Source of the DNA: Dehalococcoidia bacterium
Lineage (GTDB): Bacteria; Chloroflexota; Dehalococcoidia; Lucifugimonadales; UBA1123
DNA length: 64,000 bases
Assembly (NCBI GenBank): GCA_963668275.2
Contig: OY764155.1
Coordinates: 2,501,219 to 2,565,218 of the forward strand
Reading direction: 5' to 3'
The translations under genes were made by a program, and so were the position numbers. Numbering within the stretch: the first letter of the stretch is position 1; the number at the start of each line of letters is the position of its first letter. The notes beneath the pieces are model-generated. The model did not search any database. It had not been told where the DNA came from and saw nothing but the letters and a program-made list of their open reading frames with translations. Of the stretch, positions 26,036 to 36,106 are shown piece by piece.

Positions 26036-26207
26036 CAAATATAAATCACCATATATGACCAACCCCCACCAGGCGCAGAAACTCCGACCAAGAACTGCTG
26101 ACCCACAACCGAGCGCCGCCTCATCACAGAAGAAGTCCTAGCCATGCCGGCGAACCTAGATCAAGCCATAGAAACTTAGAACAAAATTCTGGCAGACTCA
26201 AAAGACC

Positions 26208-26672
26208 ATGAGAGAACTACTGAGATATCTAACAGGCGATGACCTAGAGCGGAGAGTCGTGAAAACTCTCCCTACTCGTCTAAACAGTATGTACAACCTC
26301 TACCGTGCGCGAATCATACAGTACTTTGGCGTCTGGACTCCGTACACGGAGCCTGTCTACGACAAAGTTGACGACGCCCACATCGCCTCAATCATCTCCG
26401 ACGAACAACTCCGCCGGATTCAAGAGACCGACATGATAGTCCAGGCCCGGCGTCGCCAGGACCAAAGTCACACCTACATCGCAGTCGAAGCCTCCGCCAC
26501 TGTCAGGCAGTCCGACATCGTTCGCGCGAAGGATACCGCGGACGCGCTGCGGGCCGTGTTCGAGGTCGAAGCCGAGGCGGTCGCGACAGGCTATCGCATC
26601 CGCCCCGAAGACCAACGCCGCGCCGAGGAAATGGGAGTCGCGGTCGTCGTACTGGAAGAGCCTCAACCTTAA
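26208..26672 (+). CDS. hypothetical protein (154 aa)
   Basis: Balanced composition. ETDMIVQARRR...YIAVEASATV weakly recalls a nuclease-fold core. Ends 9 nt before the next gene. Confidence 0.45.
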   Translation: MRELLRYLTGDDLERRVVKTLPTRLNSMYNLYRARIIQYFGVWTPYTEPVYDKVDDAHIASIISDEQLRRIQETDMIVQARRRQDQSHTYIAVEASATVRQSDIVRAKDTADALRAVFEVEAEAVATGYRIRPEDQRRAEEMGVAVVVLEEPQP

Positions 26673-26680
26673 CCCGGTCG

Positions 26681-27643
26681 TTGACTCACGCAACCCCGCC
26701 CCAATATCATCTCCGCGTGAACCAGCCCACCAACACCGGCATACTCCCAACCATCCGCGCCCTGATAAGATCGGCGCGTCCCCGCCAGTGGACTAAGAAC
26801 CTCACCGTCTTCCTGCCCCTCTTCTTCAGCGTCAACGAAGCCTGGACCCTCGACGAACCTCAGACCGCCCTCATCTTCGGCATGAAGGCCATCGCGGCCG
26901 CGGCCGTCTTCTCCCTCGTCAGCGGAGCCGTCTATCTCATCAACGACCTCGCCGACAGGGAGCGCGACCGCGCCCATCCCGCCAAGCGAAACAGGCCCAT
27001 CGCATCCGGCGCCCTCTCCCCCCGGCTGGCGGCCGCCGCGGCCGTCATCCTGACACTCGCCGGACTCGCCTCCGCCTTCGCCCTCGACCCTCGATTCGGC
27101 ATCGTCATAGCCATATACATCCTCGTGCAGGCCGCCTACTCCGCCCGCCTCAAGAACGTCGCCCTTCTCGACGTATTCTCCGTCGCCTCCGGCTTCGTCC
27201 TGCGCGTGCTGGGCGGCGCCGTCGTCATCGGCGTGCCGATCTCCCCCTGGCTCTACATCTGCGCCGGACTCGGCTCCCTCTTCATAGCCCTCGCCAAGCG
27301 ACGAAGCGAACTCGCCCGCGCCGGAGACTCCGCCGAAGACCAGCGCGGCATCCTCGGCGCCTACACGCTCGGAATGCTCGACCAGATGATAGGCGTCGTA
27401 GCCACCTCCGCCGTCGTCAGCTACGCCCTCTACACCTTCACCGCCGACAACCTCCCCGACAACCACTCCATGATGCTAACCCTCCCCTTCGTCGTTTACG
27501 GCGTCTTCAGATACATATACCTCGTCCACACCCGCCACATCGCCGAAAGCCCCGAAGAAATCCTCATCGGCGACCGCCCCATGATACTCGCCATCATCCT
27601 CTGGCTCGCCACCGGCGCCGCCATCCTCCTCCTCTACCGATAA
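26681..27643 (+). CDS. UbiA-family prenyltransferase (decaprenyl-phosphate phosphoribosyltransferase-like)
   Basis: RPRQWTKNL, YLINDLADRERDRAHPAKRNRPIASG (Asp-rich motif) and 8-9 TM helices. TTG start. Confidence 0.8.
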   Translation: MTHATPPQYHLRVNQPTNTGILPTIRALIRSARPRQWTKNLTVFLPLFFSVNEAWTLDEPQTALIFGMKAIAAAAVFSLVSGAVYLINDLADRERDRAHPAKRNRPIASGALSPRLAAAAAVILTLAGLASAFALDPRFGIVIAIYILVQAAYSARLKNVALLDVFSVASGFVLRVLGGAVVIGVPISPWLYICAGLGSLFIALAKRRSELARAGDSAEDQRGILGAYTLGMLDQMIGVVATSAVVSYALYTFTADNLPDNHSMMLTLPFVVYGVFRYIYLVHTRHIAESPEEILIGDRPMILAIILWLATGAAILLLYR

Positions 27644-27682
27644 CGGTCGCCAGTTCATTCGCCTCCGCAATGGCGCGAAAAT

Positions 27683-27788
27683 CCCCTCTCCCTTGATGAG
27701 CTGAGAGGGGTAGGCGAATATGCGATCAGCTATGAATACCCATCAACAAACCCCCTCTCCCTCAGGGAGAGGGCCGGGGTGAGGGTGA
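27683..27788 (+). repeat. MITE-like element lacking the right arm
   Basis: cccctctcccttgatgagctgagaggggtaggcgaatatgcgatcagctatgaa...ccctctccctcagggagagggccggggtgagggtga. Confidence 0.65.
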
Positions 27789-27872
27789 TACAAATAGACG
27801 CATAGCGGCCCTCATCCCGCTGTGCTAAACTCCGCTACACCCAATCCACTCAGAACAATCAGGAGTCCCACA

Positions 27873-29918
27873 ATGGTACCCCCAAGCGACGTGTTCGGCA
27901 TCATCCCAATCTGGCTCGCGGTGTACGTACTATCCATCGGGACATTCGCCACAGCCGCCTACATACTCTACCTGCGCGTATTCCGATTCGTCCTGCTCGG
28001 CAAGGACCCCGACCGGTTCGACCAGCCCATCCGCCGATTCTTCGGCGCGCTCCCCTACATATTCGGACAGCGAAAAGTCCTCCAGAGCGTATCCTTCAGA
28101 GACCGCGCCGGCCTCGCCCACTTCTTCATCTTCTGGGGATTCCTCTCATTCACCGCCAGCTACGTCCTCTACATCTTCGCCGACTCCATCTGGCCCCCAT
28201 TCTCCGAAACCATCCTCACCGACACCGGCGTCCGAATCTTCACCGCCTACCTCGACATTCTCGCCGTCGTCTTCTTCGTCGTCCTGGTCTGGGCCGCGAT
28301 TCGCCGCTGGGGAATCAAGCCCCGCCGTCTCAGCTTCGACCTCACTCAGAAGGGCGAGTCCGCCATAATCCTGCTACTCATAGCCTGCCTGATGCTCTTT
28401 ACCCTGCTCACCGAGGCGTTCTACGTAGCCTCTTGGGGAGAAGGTCCCCACGCCGACGCTCTCATAGGCCGTCCGCTCGGTGAGGCGTTCGCCAACAACG
28501 GCATAGGCCCCGCCCTCGCCAACACACTCCACGGCGTCTTCTGGTGGCTCCACCTCGCCATCATCCTAGGCTTCTCCCTCTACATTCCGCTCTCCAAGCA
28601 TATGCACATTGTCGCCGCCCCGATCAGCTTCTTCACCCGAAAGCTCGACGAGCGCGGTACGCTCACCACCCCAGACCTCGAAGCCGCCCTCGACAACGAG
28701 GAAGCCCTCGGCGCGAGCAAGATACAGGACTTCACCTGGAAGGAACTCCTCGACGGCTACTCCTGCGCCGTCTGCGGACGCTGCTCCGACAACTGCCCCG
28801 CCAACATCACCGGCAAGATACTCTCCCCCATGCACATCGTCGAGAACATGAAAGAACACGTCCTGGAGTTCGGCGACGGCGTATCCTCCGGCAACGACGA
28901 GCAGGAATCCAAGCCCATGATCGGCAACTGGATTGCCGAAGAAGCGCTTTGGGACTGCGTAACCTGCGGCGCGTGCATCCAGGAATGTCCCGTAGGCGTC
29001 GAGCATATTGACTCCATCGTGGATATGCGCCGCTTCCTGGTCATGGAACAGGCCTCCATGCCCGACACCGCCATGAACGCCCTGCTCAGCATGGAGCAGC
29101 GCGGACACCCCTGGCGCGGCACCACCTACTCCCGCACCGACTGGGCCGACGGCCTCGACATACCCACCCTCGCCGAAAAGCCGGACGCCGAGATACTCTT
29201 CTGGGTCGGCTGCACCGCCGCCCTCGAACAGCGCAGCCAGAGCGTCGCCCGCGCCATGGCCTCGGTCCTCAGGCGCGCCGGCGTGGAATTCGCCATCCTC
29301 GGCGACGAAGAGTCCTGCACCGGCGACCCCGCGCGTCGCATGGGCAACGAGTACCTCTACCAGGTAATGGCCCAGCAGAACATCGAGACCATGAACGCCT
29401 ACGACGTCAAGAAGGTCGTCACCATCTGCCCGCACTGCTTCAACACCATCAGGAACGAGTACCCCCACCTCGGCGGCGACTACGAAGTCCTCCACTACAC
29501 CGAGTACGTCAACGACCTCATTGACGATGGCAAGATCAGGCCCGTCGCCGAGATAAGCGCGACCGTCGCCTACCACGACTCCTGCTACCTCGGCAGGCAC
29601 AACGGCATCTACGACGCCCCCCGCCGGATAGCCAACGCCATCCCCGGCGTCCAGCTCGTCGAGATGGACCGCAATCGAGAGCGCGGATTCTGCTGCGGCG
29701 CGGGCGGCGGCCATATGTGGATAGAAGAATCCAGGGGCCAGCGAATCAACCACGCCCGAACAGAGCAGTTCTTCGACACCGACGCCACCACCGTCGGCGT
29801 ATCATGCCCCTTCTGCCTCCAGATGTTCGAGGAAGGCATCGGCTCCCTCGGCCAGGACGGCCGGAAGCAGGCCAAAGACCTGCTGGAAGTCCTCGACGAA
29901 AGCCTGTCCAAGTCATAA
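27873..29918 (+). CDS. membrane-anchored Fe-S oxidoreductase (DsrMK / HdrD-like fusion)
   Basis: N-terminal ~230 aa with 5-6 TM helices, then CAVCGRCSDNCP and CVTCGACIQECP ferredoxin motifs and two Cys-rich CCG-type regions. Start at ATG 27873, preceded by AGGAG. Confidence 0.75.
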   Translation: MVPPSDVFGIIPIWLAVYVLSIGTFATAAYILYLRVFRFVLLGKDPDRFDQPIRRFFGALPYIFGQRKVLQSVSFRDRAGLAHFFIFWGFLSFTASYVLYIFADSIWPPFSETILTDTGVRIFTAYLDILAVVFFVVLVWAAIRRWGIKPRRLSFDLTQKGESAIILLLIACLMLFTLLTEAFYVASWGEGPHADALIGRPLGEAFANNGIGPALANTLHGVFWWLHLAIILGFSLYIPLSKHMHIVAAPISFFTRKLDERGTLTTPDLEAALDNEEALGASKIQDFTWKELLDGYSCAVCGRCSDNCPANITGKILSPMHIVENMKEHVLEFGDGVSSGNDEQESKPMIGNWIAEEALWDCVTCGACIQECPVGVEHIDSIVDMRRFLVMEQASMPDTAMNALLSMEQRGHPWRGTTYSRTDWADGLDIPTLAEKPDAEILFWVGCTAALEQRSQSVARAMASVLRRAGVEFAILGDEESCTGDPARRMGNEYLYQVMAQQNIETMNAYDVKKVVTICPHCFNTIRNEYPHLGGDYEVLHYTEYVNDLIDDGKIRPVAEISATVAYHDSCYLGRHNGIYDAPRRIANAIPGVQLVEMDRNRERGFCCGAGGGHMWIEESRGQRINHARTEQFFDTDATTVGVSCPFCLQMFEEGIGSLGQDGRKQAKDLLEVLDESLSKS

Positions 29919-29961
29919 AATTGGAGTAGCTCCAGCCCCCCAAGAGCATGGAGGCGTACAC

Positions 29962-30510
29962 ATGGTCACCACAAGAACCCGAAGAAAATTCACCTACGAA
30001 GACTACCGCAACACGCCCGACGGCATACGCTACGAGCTACTGGACGGAGAGTTGATCGAGATGCCGTCGCCTAAAGAGATTCACCAGAGACTGGTCCTGC
30101 TGCTGGGAAGTCTGTTCCTCTCTTTTGTTACCGCCAGGAAACTGGGCGATGCGTACATAGCCCCCTTCGACGTCGTACTGTCCGACACCATAGTAGTACA
30201 GCCCGACGTGATCTTCGTCTCCAACGAACGCTCCCACATCATCACCGAGGACAATATCCGCGGCGCGCCCGACCTTGTTGTAGAAATCCTCTCACCCTCC
30301 AATGCGAGAAACGATACGGAAGTCAAGCGCGAGTTTTACGAACGCCACGGCGTGAAGGAATACTGGATATTCGACCCATACGCCCGGAACGTCACCGTCC
30401 TGCTTCTGGGCGAGAACGGCTACGAACTCGTCGCCATCTACGGCGAAGGCCAGACCCTCACCTCCCCAACCCTCCCCGGCTTCAGCCTGAACCTCGACGA
30501 CATCTTCTAA
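29962..30510 (+). CDS. Uma2-family (DUF820) endonuclease, tandem copy 1
   Basis: FTYEDYRNTPDGIRYELLDGEL, VVQPDVIFV, GAPDLVVEILSPSN and YWIFDP. Confidence 0.85.
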   Translation: MVTTRTRRKFTYEDYRNTPDGIRYELLDGELIEMPSPKEIHQRLVLLLGSLFLSFVTARKLGDAYIAPFDVVLSDTIVVQPDVIFVSNERSHIITEDNIRGAPDLVVEILSPSNARNDTEVKREFYERHGVKEYWIFDPYARNVTVLLLGENGYELVAIYGEGQTLTSPTLPGFSLNLDDIF

Positions 30511-30524
30511 GACAGGAGGCTGCC

Positions 30525-31073
30525 ATGGTCACCACAAGAACCCGCAGAAAATTCACCTACGAAGACTACCGCAACACGCCCGACGATGTGCGCTACGAAC
30601 TTCTGGACGGAGAACTGGTCATGTCCCCATCACCCAAAGAGATTCATCAAAGAATTGATAAGGACATCGGTACTCCGCTTGACATATTTGTCAAAGCTGG
30701 CAGGTTGGGAAGGACATATTCCGCTCCCTTCGACGTGATTTTCTCCGATACCGAAGTCGTACAGCCTGACATCATCTTCGTTTCCAACGAACGCTTACAC
30801 ATCATCACTGAAGACAACATTCGCGGCGCGCCGGACCTAATTATAGAAATCCTTTCGCCTTCAACAGCGGGCAGGGACAGAACCTTCAAGCGCACCCTCT
30901 ACGAACGACACGGCGTCAACGAATACTGGATGGTGGACACCGACGCCCGGAACATCACCGTCCTCATCCTCGGCGAGAACGGCTACGAACTCGTCGCCAT
31001 CTACGGCGAAGGCCAGACCCTCACCTCCCCAACCCTCCCCGGCTTCAGCCTGAACCTCGACGACATCTTCTAA
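30525..31073 (+). CDS. Uma2-family (DUF820) endonuclease, tandem copy 2
   Basis: Same length (182 aa). The first ~20 and last ~33 residues are identical to copy 1, while the centre is diverged. Confidence 0.85.
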   Translation: MVTTRTRRKFTYEDYRNTPDDVRYELLDGELVMSPSPKEIHQRIDKDIGTPLDIFVKAGRLGRTYSAPFDVIFSDTEVVQPDIIFVSNERLHIITEDNIRGAPDLIIEILSPSTAGRDRTFKRTLYERHGVNEYWMVDTDARNITVLILGENGYELVAIYGEGQTLTSPTLPGFSLNLDDIF

Positions 31074-31093
31074 GCCACTCGCGGAAACAAGCC

Positions 31094-32308
31094 CTACAAC
31101 ACCTTCGCCGCCCGCAGCCTCGAAGTCTCTTCCCCCGTATAACCCAGCATCTCACCCAACACTTCGTCCGTATGCTGACCCAGCAGCGGCGGAGACGTCA
31201 CCTCCACCGGCGAATCCTCCAACTGCACCGGGCATCCGGGCATCGTGAACTCCCCGCGAACCGGGTGGTCATAGCTCACTATCATCCCCCGCTCTTTCAG
31301 ATGCGGGTCGTTGTAGATGTCGTCCGCATTCAGGCAAGCGCTGCACGGAACGCCCGCCTCTCCCAGAATCCGCATCGCCTCGTGCTTGGTATGCTTCATC
31401 GTCCACGCTTCTATCATGTCGTTGATCTCTTCCGAAACCTCCGGGTGATTGTTCGGGTCCGAATACACCGGGTCCTCAATCAAGTCTTCCCTGCCGATAG
31501 TGGTCAGCAGCGCGTTCCACATCCGGCTTCGGCGAGCCAGCGCCGTCATGTAGATATAGTCGTCCGGCCCTCCCGGAGCGCACTTGAACAGCCCCGAGCC
31601 AGGCCGACCAGGCCAGCGTTCCGCCCCGCGTCTTGGAGGCGACTGCCCCGTGTCCGCGTATGAATTCATCCATATCCGCGCCACGTTCACAACCGCGTCC
31701 TGCATAGACACCTCCACCACCTGCCCCTTGCCCGTCGCCTGCCTCTGCCATAGCGCCGCCAGAATCCCGATGACCGTGTGCATCCCCGTTCCCGTATCGC
31801 CTATCGTAATGCCCGGGCGCACCGGGGGCGAGTCCGCGAAGCCCGTCGCGCACACCGCTCCGCCCGCCGCTTGAGCCACCGGGTCGAAACTCTTATACTC
31901 GCTGTAAGGCCCGTACGTGCCGAACCCCTTGATACGCGCCAGTATCACCCTCGGATTCGCTTCCTTCAGCGCGTCCCAGCCCACTCCAAGCCTCTCGATG
32001 GCGCCCGGTGCCATGTTCTCTGCCACGATGTCCGCCTGCTTCACCAGGTCGAAGAAGATGCCGCGCCCTTCCTCGCTCTTCAGGTTCAGAGTCACGCTCC
32101 TCTTATTCGAGTTCAGGTTCAGGAAGTACGACGAGTCCGCCCCATTGCCGGAAGCGCTGACCATAGCCGTCCGGCCCGGATCGCCCCGCGTCGGCTCCTC
32201 CACCTTGATTACATCCGCGCCCAGCCACGCCAGCATCTGCGTGCAGGAAGTCCCCGCCTCGAACTGTGTAAGATCAATTATCCGCACGCCATTCAGAGCC
32301 TTATTCAT
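31094..32308 (-). CDS. family III CoA-transferase (CaiB/BaiF/Frc-like)
   Basis: GVRIIDLTQFEAGTSCTQMLAWLGADVIKVE. Start at ATG 32308 (MNKALNG), because upstream codons run into the AATCCTG repeat. Confidence 0.85.
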   Translation of the reverse strand: MNKALNGVRIIDLTQFEAGTSCTQMLAWLGADVIKVEEPTRGDPGRTAMVSASGNGADSSYFLNLNSNKRSVTLNLKSEEGRGIFFDLVKQADIVAENMAPGAIERLGVGWDALKEANPRVILARIKGFGTYGPYSEYKSFDPVAQAAGGAVCATGFADSPPVRPGITIGDTGTGMHTVIGILAALWQRQATGKGQVVEVSMQDAVVNVARIWMNSYADTGQSPPRRGAERWPGRPGSGLFKCAPGGPDDYIYMTALARRSRMWNALLTTIGREDLIEDPVYSDPNNHPEVSEEINDMIEAWTMKHTKHEAMRILGEAGVPCSACLNADDIYNDPHLKERGMIVSYDHPVRGEFTMPGCPVQLEDSPVEVTSPPLLGQHTDEVLGEMLGYTGEETSRLRAAKVL

Positions 32309-32351
32309 CACGTTCCCCCTTCGATGATCGCTCGCAAACCGAGAGCGTCCA

Positions 32352-32393
32352 CATCCTGAAAATCCTATAATCCTCAAAATCCTGATTCAGACA
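32352..32393 (+). repeat. AATCCTG-type repeat cluster
   Basis: catcctgaaaatcctataatcctcaaaatcctgattcagaca. Overlaps the galU stop codon. Confidence 0.65.
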
Positions 32394-33250
32394 GCTCCCG
32401 ACAGCCACGCCCGCAACTCATCCGCCAATTCCCCTCCCCTCAGCGCCTCCGACACCGACGCCTTCAGCGCGCCCAGCGGCGTCCCGACGTCCTGATGCTC
32501 CCCGCCGAAGTGGTAGCCATACACCCCGGGCGACTCTATATGCGCCGCTATCGCGTCCGTAATCTGAATCTCTCCGAGCGCGCCCGACGGGGTATCCTCC
32601 AGCGTATCGAATATCTCCGCCGTGAGGACGTACCTTCCCACGATTGCCAGGTTCGACGGCGCGTCCTCCAGCGCTGGCTTCTCCACCATGTCCACAATCC
32701 GCGATGTTCGCTCCGAAACCCGCTCTACCGCCACTATCCCTTTGCTCGGAATGTCCGCGTCCGGCGCCTCTTCCAGCGCAACCACGTTTCCACCCGTCTC
32801 GCCGTGAACCTCTATCATATCCCCGATTGTCGGACTGTCCGCCCAGATAACGTCATCCGGCAGAAAGACCGCGAAAGCCTCGTCGCCGACCATTTCCCGC
32901 GCCATCAGCACCGCGTGTCCCAGACCCTTCTGCTCCGTCTGCGTTACGCAGACCACGTTCGCCATACTCGCGATCTCCCGCATCTGTCCCAGCAACGCCA
33001 TGTCGTTCCTGGAAGCGAGAGCCTCTTCCAGCGCGGGCTGCGGGCCGAAGTAACGCGCTATCAGCTCACCCTGGCCCTCAGACACGATGAACACAATGTC
33101 CTCTATCCCTGCCGCTACCGCCTCCTCGACGCACAGGTGAACCGACGGGCGGTCGAAAACCGGCAGCAGGTTCTTCGGGACCGCGCGCGTCACCGGCAGA
33201 AATCTCGTCCCGAATCCCGCCACCGGCATTACCGCTTTGCGAATCGTCAC
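32387..33250 (-). CDS. galU: UTP-glucose-1-phosphate uridylyltransferase
   Basis: KAVMPVAGFGTRFLPVTRAVPKNLLPV and VEKP motifs. Confidence 0.9.
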   Translation of the reverse strand: MTIRKAVMPVAGFGTRFLPVTRAVPKNLLPVFDRPSVHLCVEEAVAAGIEDIVFIVSEGQGELIARYFGPQPALEEALASRNDMALLGQMREIASMANVVCVTQTEQKGLGHAVLMAREMVGDEAFAVFLPDDVIWADSPTIGDMIEVHGETGGNVVALEEAPDADIPSKGIVAVERVSERTSRIVDMVEKPALEDAPSNLAIVGRYVLTAEIFDTLEDTPSGALGEIQITDAIAAHIESPGVYGYHFGGEHQDVGTPLGALKASVSEALRGGELADELRAWLSGAV

Positions 33251-33283
33251 GTTGGTTACCTCACAATTACGCTTGACGCGGGA

Positions 33284-34552
33284 TCACGCCACCGCCCGCC
33301 CGGTTCGGTAAACTCGGCGCAAATCAGGAACCGAAATCCCGAAAGCCGAAAGGAACGCGAGGAAGAGGATAGCCGTGACATACAGTATGGGCGGAGATGA
33401 GAAAACGTCCGCCGTAAAGCCGTACCCAAGATTTGCGAATGCCATTATCCCGCCCGCGTGCAGTATATACAGACTGGATATTCTGCCTCTAAGTCGGTCC
33501 GGCGCGATAGTCTGAACGTAGGTCGTCGTCAGAGCCATGAAAGTGGACTGCGCCGCGCCCATGACAGCGCAAACAGGTATAGCGGCCACGGCGTTCGGAC
33601 TGAATGCCAGCAGAATGGGCGTCACGCCACTGATGATTCCGGTCCACAACAGCCACTGCCCTTTGCGTCTCTCGTCTCTCACCCCCGCCATGATCACGGT
33701 GCCGATCAGCGAACCCGCCCCGAATCCCATCACCATGTATCCCAGGATCGAGCCGTCCACAGCCCCCAGTTCGTTCCGCGAAAACACCGGAAGAATCGAG
33801 TCATTGGACATCACCAACGCGCAGTGGAACGCCACCAAAAGAATGAAGATCGCTATCATCCGGTTCGTGTAGATATATACCAGGCCGTCAACCATGCTCT
33901 GGAGTATGCCGGTCTGCGCCATAGCGTCGCCTGTAGATCTCGTACGGGTCAGTGAAATGAAGACCGTCCCCATTACCTGGCAGACTACGCTCAACACCAG
34001 CACCCCCGATACCCCGATGAACGGGATCGCCAGGAGTGGTGAAGCCACCAGCAGACCGAAGAATCGCGCCCCGTGCCGCGTCGCCGCGTTCAGCGTGATC
34101 GCGTTCAGCAGGTCTTCCCGCGGCACCTGGTTCGGTATGAGCGAGGCCATTGCTGGCTCCTGGGTGGACCTCATGCAGCCCGATATGAAAGTCAGCGCGG
34201 CAAGATGCCAGAGCGTCAGGACATCAGTGAAGACCAGCGCCGTGACTATCGCAGTCAGAGTGCCGTTCGCAATGAAGGTGAAACGGGCCACTCTCTGACG
34301 GTCGAGCCTGTCCGCGATGAGTCCCGCGATAGGAGAAACCAGGAGAAACGGCAGCATGGACGCGAACGTCACGATGCCCACGTCCCCCGACCTGTCCGAC
34401 TTCTGGAGAATCAGCCAGGACACCGCCACGATGAACGTCCACATCGCCGCGCCCGAGAACATATTCGCCGTCCAGGTGTAGCGATAGTCCCTATGCCTCA
34501 GCGCCGCCAGGTGCGGCAGCTGCTGAACTTCCCGAATTTTGGTCAAAACCAT
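33284..34552 (-). CDS. MFS transporter (EntS/MFS_3-like)
   Basis: 12 predicted helices and GLIADRLDRQRV in loop 2-3. Confidence 0.8.
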   Translation of the reverse strand: MVLTKIREVQQLPHLAALRHRDYRYTWTANMFSGAAMWTFIVAVSWLILQKSDRSGDVGIVTFASMLPFLLVSPIAGLIADRLDRQRVARFTFIANGTLTAIVTALVFTDVLTLWHLAALTFISGCMRSTQEPAMASLIPNQVPREDLLNAITLNAATRHGARFFGLLVASPLLAIPFIGVSGVLVLSVVCQVMGTVFISLTRTRSTGDAMAQTGILQSMVDGLVYIYTNRMIAIFILLVAFHCALVMSNDSILPVFSRNELGAVDGSILGYMVMGFGAGSLIGTVIMAGVRDERRKGQWLLWTGIISGVTPILLAFSPNAVAAIPVCAVMGAAQSTFMALTTTYVQTIAPDRLRGRISSLYILHAGGIMAFANLGYGFTADVFSSPPILYVTAILFLAFLSAFGISVPDLRRVYRTGRAVA

Positions 34553-34703
34553 ACGCGCCGCGCCTGTCCCTTCTTTGCGTTAGGGTGCGATTATAACAGC
34601 CGACTTCTATATCCGCATCGAAATCAAGCGCGAATCCAGGGCCTTTTCATTATCCGGCTATGGCATGATTTTAGGGTATCGTTTGGCTATGGCTTGTGAG
34701 TGG

Positions 34704-34723
34704 ATTCCCGCTTTCGCGGGAAT
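34704..34723. repeat. REP-type hairpin attcccgc-tttc-gcgggaat
   Basis: Perfect copy. Confidence 0.75.
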
Positions 34724-34854
34724 GACGAATCCGTGTCTAGTAGCCTAGAATTGGAACTTTGCAAAGGCCTTGCTGATAGACGGCGAGCGCTTGACGAGTT
34801 GGGGCGGCGTTCATAGACTGTTGGCAGACCAGACCAAGCGCTTGGAGGCGTCAG

Positions 34855-36039
34855 ATGGATATCAAGTTCACGGATCGGGAAGAGGACTTTCGGCGGGAGA
34901 TTCGGGATTTCCTGCGGGAGACGCTTCCAGAGGACTGGGACCCTCTTGGACAGGCGGGGCAGTCCGCCAAGGAGCGGCAGGATTTCACCCGGCGGATGAC
35001 CCAGGCGCTCGCGGACAAGGGCTGGCTGACGCTGGCCTGGCCGGAGGAGTACGGGGGCCAGGCTCGCTCTATCATGGAGCAGGTCATCTACAACGAGGAG
35101 ATGTCGTATAAGAATGTGCCCGGCACGGAGCTTGGCACGGGCGCTATCTCGTGGGTCGGGCCGGTGCTGATGATAGCGGGGACGGATGAGCAGAAGGCGG
35201 AGCATCTGCCGCCGATAGCGCGGGGCGAGAGGCTGTGGTGCACGCTGTACAGCGAGCCGGGATCAGGGTCGGATCTGGCGTCTCTCCAGACGTCGGCGAC
35301 GCGGGACGGCGACGACTATGTTATCAACGGTCAGAAGATATGGACGTCGAGCGCGCACGTGGCGGACTGGGGGTGGCTGGCGGCGCGAACCAACCCGGAC
35401 GCGCCGAAGCATCGGGGAATCAGCATCTTTATGCTGGACATGAAGATCCCGGGTGTGAGCGTTCGGCCAATTGAGAACATGGCCGGGGGGCGCGACTTCA
35501 ACGAGGTGTATTTCGACGACGTGCGAGTTCCGAGCGGCAATCTCGTCGGACATGAAGACAGGGGTTGGTACACGCTGGCGGTGGCGCTGGATTTCGAGCG
35601 GTCGGGCGTGGGCTACTCGGCGGGGGCGCGCCGGACCCTGGAAGCGCTGGTGAAGTACGCCAAGCAGACCGGGAGATACGGCAAGCCGCTCAGCGAGGAT
35701 CCGAACGTGAGGCGAAAGCTGGCTCAGCGATTCACTGAGACGGAGATAGCGCGGTGGCTGGCGTACAAGGTGGCGTGGATGCAGAGCCAGGACATGATCC
35801 CGAACGCGGAGGCTTCGATGTCCAAGATGTACGGGACCGAACTCACTCAGCGAGTGGCGCGAACGGGCATGGAGATTCTGGGCATGGCGGGCCAGGTTTC
35901 GCAGGGGTCGAAGTGGGCGCCGCTGGAAGGGCATATCCAGCAGTTGTACCTGTCTTCCGTGTCCTCCACGATAGCGGCGGGGACGTCTGAGATCCAGCGC
36001 AACATCATCGCCCAGCGCGGGCTTGGATTGTCGAGGTAG
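34855..36039 (+). CDS. acyl-CoA dehydrogenase
   Basis: YSEPGSGSDLASLQT, YVINGQKIWTS and AAGTSEIQRNIIAQRGLGL. Confidence 0.9.
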   Translation: MDIKFTDREEDFRREIRDFLRETLPEDWDPLGQAGQSAKERQDFTRRMTQALADKGWLTLAWPEEYGGQARSIMEQVIYNEEMSYKNVPGTELGTGAISWVGPVLMIAGTDEQKAEHLPPIARGERLWCTLYSEPGSGSDLASLQTSATRDGDDYVINGQKIWTSSAHVADWGWLAARTNPDAPKHRGISIFMLDMKIPGVSVRPIENMAGGRDFNEVYFDDVRVPSGNLVGHEDRGWYTLAVALDFERSGVGYSAGARRTLEALVKYAKQTGRYGKPLSEDPNVRRKLAQRFTETEIARWLAYKVAWMQSQDMIPNAEASMSKMYGTELTQRVARTGMEILGMAGQVSQGSKWAPLEGHIQQLYLSSVSSTIAAGTSEIQRNIIAQRGLGLSR

Positions 36040-36106
36040 CCCGGAAAGCGTAGCTGACGACGCCGACCGGCCTCACAACCCGATGAGGTCGCAAAGGGAG
36101 CGCTCG

